DNA of 64,000 nucleotides from Christensenella sp. UBA5893 (GTDB lineage Bacteria; Bacillota; Clostridia; Christensenellales; UBA1242): NCBI GenBank assembly GCA_002431905.1, contig DJER01000007.1, positions 15,019 to 79,018 of the forward strand, read 5' to 3'. Shown piece by piece: positions 62,562 to 64,000 of this stretch (position 1 is its first letter; each line of letters starts with the position of its first letter). The notes under the pieces were generated by a model. It saw only the letters and a program-made list of their open reading frames with translations, ran no database searches and was not told where the DNA came from. The position numbers and the translations under genes were made by a program.

Positions 62562-64000
62562 TATTTCATCTCCTTTACATGAGATTCAATAAAGTTAATT
62601 TCGTTTTGGTCTAGTCCATATTTTTTATATAATTGTAAATCAATTTCATGTATAGATTTTGACCAATCTATATCAGATTTGTCTGTAAAATCTTGAAGGG
62701 GAACAAATTCAAAGCAATCTTTATAATTAAACACTGCCGTTTTCTTTATTCCAACCATTGCTCTAAAATATTTAGTCTTTACATATTTTAACAAATTTTC
62801 TGCTTCAATTTTATCTTTAAATTGACCTACTTGAAGAAATGTATCCGTGCAGACAGTCATTGGCGTGCCAATGATTGGCGTGCTAAACACCTCGCCAAAG
62901 GCACCACTGCCATTGGCTCGGGGTATAAACACTTTCCAATTATTTGCTCCGTCCAAATTCTTTTTTAATTCATTATTAGGTATATATCTAGTAGTTCTTT
63001 TTGCATTTAACAAACCATAGACCATATAATCATCATCGCAAATTTTTGTTTCGCTAATACGACTTACTCCTTCATTGTTTTTAACGAATAAATCAGAAAC
63101 GAAGCCGAACGGATTCCATGAAGACACTAGTGTCTTCATGGAATCACTAGACTGATTCCTTGATTTTCTTAAAATTGAAATAAGTTCTGGAAAACGAATT
63201 ATTATATTATCAGCTTCTCTAAAAGACACCTTTGCATATTTCTTAATTCCGTTTTCCACAAAAGTATAATTTACTTCATTTTTTGAATAATCTTCATCAT
63301 AAACATAAAAACAAACTCCACCTTTTATGTCAACATTACTAAACAAATCAATTGAGTTTGGGTATAAAACGAAAGATTTAATATGATTACCCTCTATCAT
63401 CTCTTCAATAAAACCTTTCGTTTCTTTGTATGGACCACTTTCGCCAGATGTCCATCTTGCAGGCATAATAAGAGATACTTTTCTTCCAATTGTTTTTGCT
63501 CCTCTTACAAAATCAGGATAAACACTTTTTGACATTTTATTGCTAGTGTTCATTTCTTGATAAGGTGGATTTCCTATAACAAAATCAAATTTCATACGCT
63601 TTTCTCCTTTGAAAAATTTAATTGATCTTTTGGTTTCCCAGTTTAATATTTTGCAGTAAATTCCAGTGTGCTTACTGTTATCATTTTTTGCACAACCCAA
63701 ACAAGGTTTTGTCTCTTCATTTTCAAATAATGACATTTGTCTTTTTTGCACAGGCTTGCAACTGTTTGGAATAACATCTTTTAGTCCATCCATTTGCCAT
63801 ATATTCCAAGAAAGTATTTTTGCAATTTCTATCAAATACTCTTTAATAGGGAACATTCCAAATTTTGCAATATAGTAGTCTATAAATGTGAATAGCAAAT
63901 TTTCTCTTGCAATAAGCAAACTATCGCCTTGCCATTCATAACCAAAGGTTGATTTGAATGCAACAAGTATCCAGTGATACCAATCTTGCTCAGAATTGCA
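62561..64000 (-). CDS. N6-adenine DNA methyltransferase (NPPY) with C-terminal specificity-like region; 5' end outside the window
   Basis: FDFVIGNPPYQE motif IV. Own translation shows the frame stays open from 63919 to 64000 (CNSEQDWYHWILVAFKSTFGYEWQGDS-LLIARE...), so the track start at 63919 is not the real start. TAATG 1-nt overlap with the downstream gene. Confidence 0.75.
   Translation of the reverse strand, partial: CNSEQDWYHWILVAFKSTFGYEWQGDSLLIARENLLFTFIDYYIAKFGMFPIKEYLIEIAKILSWNIWQMDGLKDVIPNSCKPVQKRQMSLFENEETKPCLGCAKNDNSKHTGIYCKILNWETKRSIKFFKGEKRMKFDFVIGNPPYQEMNTSNKMSKSVYPDFVRGAKTIGRKVSLIMPARWTSGESGPYKETKGFIEEMIEGNHIKSFVLYPNSIDLFSNVDIKGGVCFYVYDEDYSKNEVNYTFVENGIKKYAKVSFREADNIIIRFPELISILRKSRNQSSDSMKTLVSSWNPFGFVSDLFVKNNEGVSRISETKICDDDYMVYGLLNAKRTTRYIPNNELKKNLDGANNWKVFIPRANGSGAFGEVFSTPIIGTPMTVCTDTFLQVGQFKDKIEAENLLKYVKTKYFRAMVGIKKTAVFNYKDCFEFVPLQDFTDKSDIDWSKSIHEIDLQLYKKYGLDQNEINFIESHVKEMK

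Larger units (their letters stand above)
56771..64000. mobile_element. Putative integrated island downstream of tRNA-Asn (serine recombinase plus R-M-like operon); right end outside the window
   Basis: Recombinase abutting or overlapping the tRNA 3' region, followed by accessory defence-type genes. The boundary is not visible. Confidence 0.4.

Overview
This is an AT-rich chromosome segment (roughly 30% GC by eye) with Bacillota-type (low-GC Gram-positive) gene content. It uses the standard bacterial code: TGA acts as a stop, for example in the ATGA overlap at 1722-1725. The left ~45 kb is mostly housekeeping: a dinB fragment, mtaD-like, tex, cysS, ychF, trxB, a dnaD/dnaI-like pair, an M1 peptidase, a degenerate glmU-like gene followed by pth, mfd and a prsA-like gene, and cell-envelope genes. 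An accessory block at 11.3-25.4 kb interrupts it. That block holds a BspA-type LRR surface protein with a G10 tract inside its putative promoter spacer, a 2485-aa membrane-anchored surface protein, and an orphan type-IV-secretion-like trio (VirD4-type coupling ATPase, VirB2/TrbC-like small protein, 770-aa polytopic protein) with no VirB4, relaxase or integrase nearby. The right ~19 kb is mobile DNA. It contains an IS30-family transposase gene interrupted by one in-frame TGA (45.2-46.2 kb) and a ~10-kb filamentous-phage (inovirus-like) prophage at 46.3-56.6 kb whose gene order is collinear with Ff phages. The prophage has an HUH Rep, a Zot-like P-loop protein, tiny hydrophobic coat candidates followed by a terminator, a GC-rich hairpin-dense intergenic region, and two promoter-to-terminator sRNA candidates. 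Next comes tRNA-Asn(GTT) at 56760-56834. Directly downstream is a large serine recombinase whose 3' end reads antisense through the tRNA, then an R-M-like operon (N6-adenine methyltransferase plus a GIY-YIG/SF2-helicase fusion) that runs off the right edge. Most short antisense ORFs in the supplied track are judged spurious. All family assignments rest on motifs read by eye; no database search was possible.
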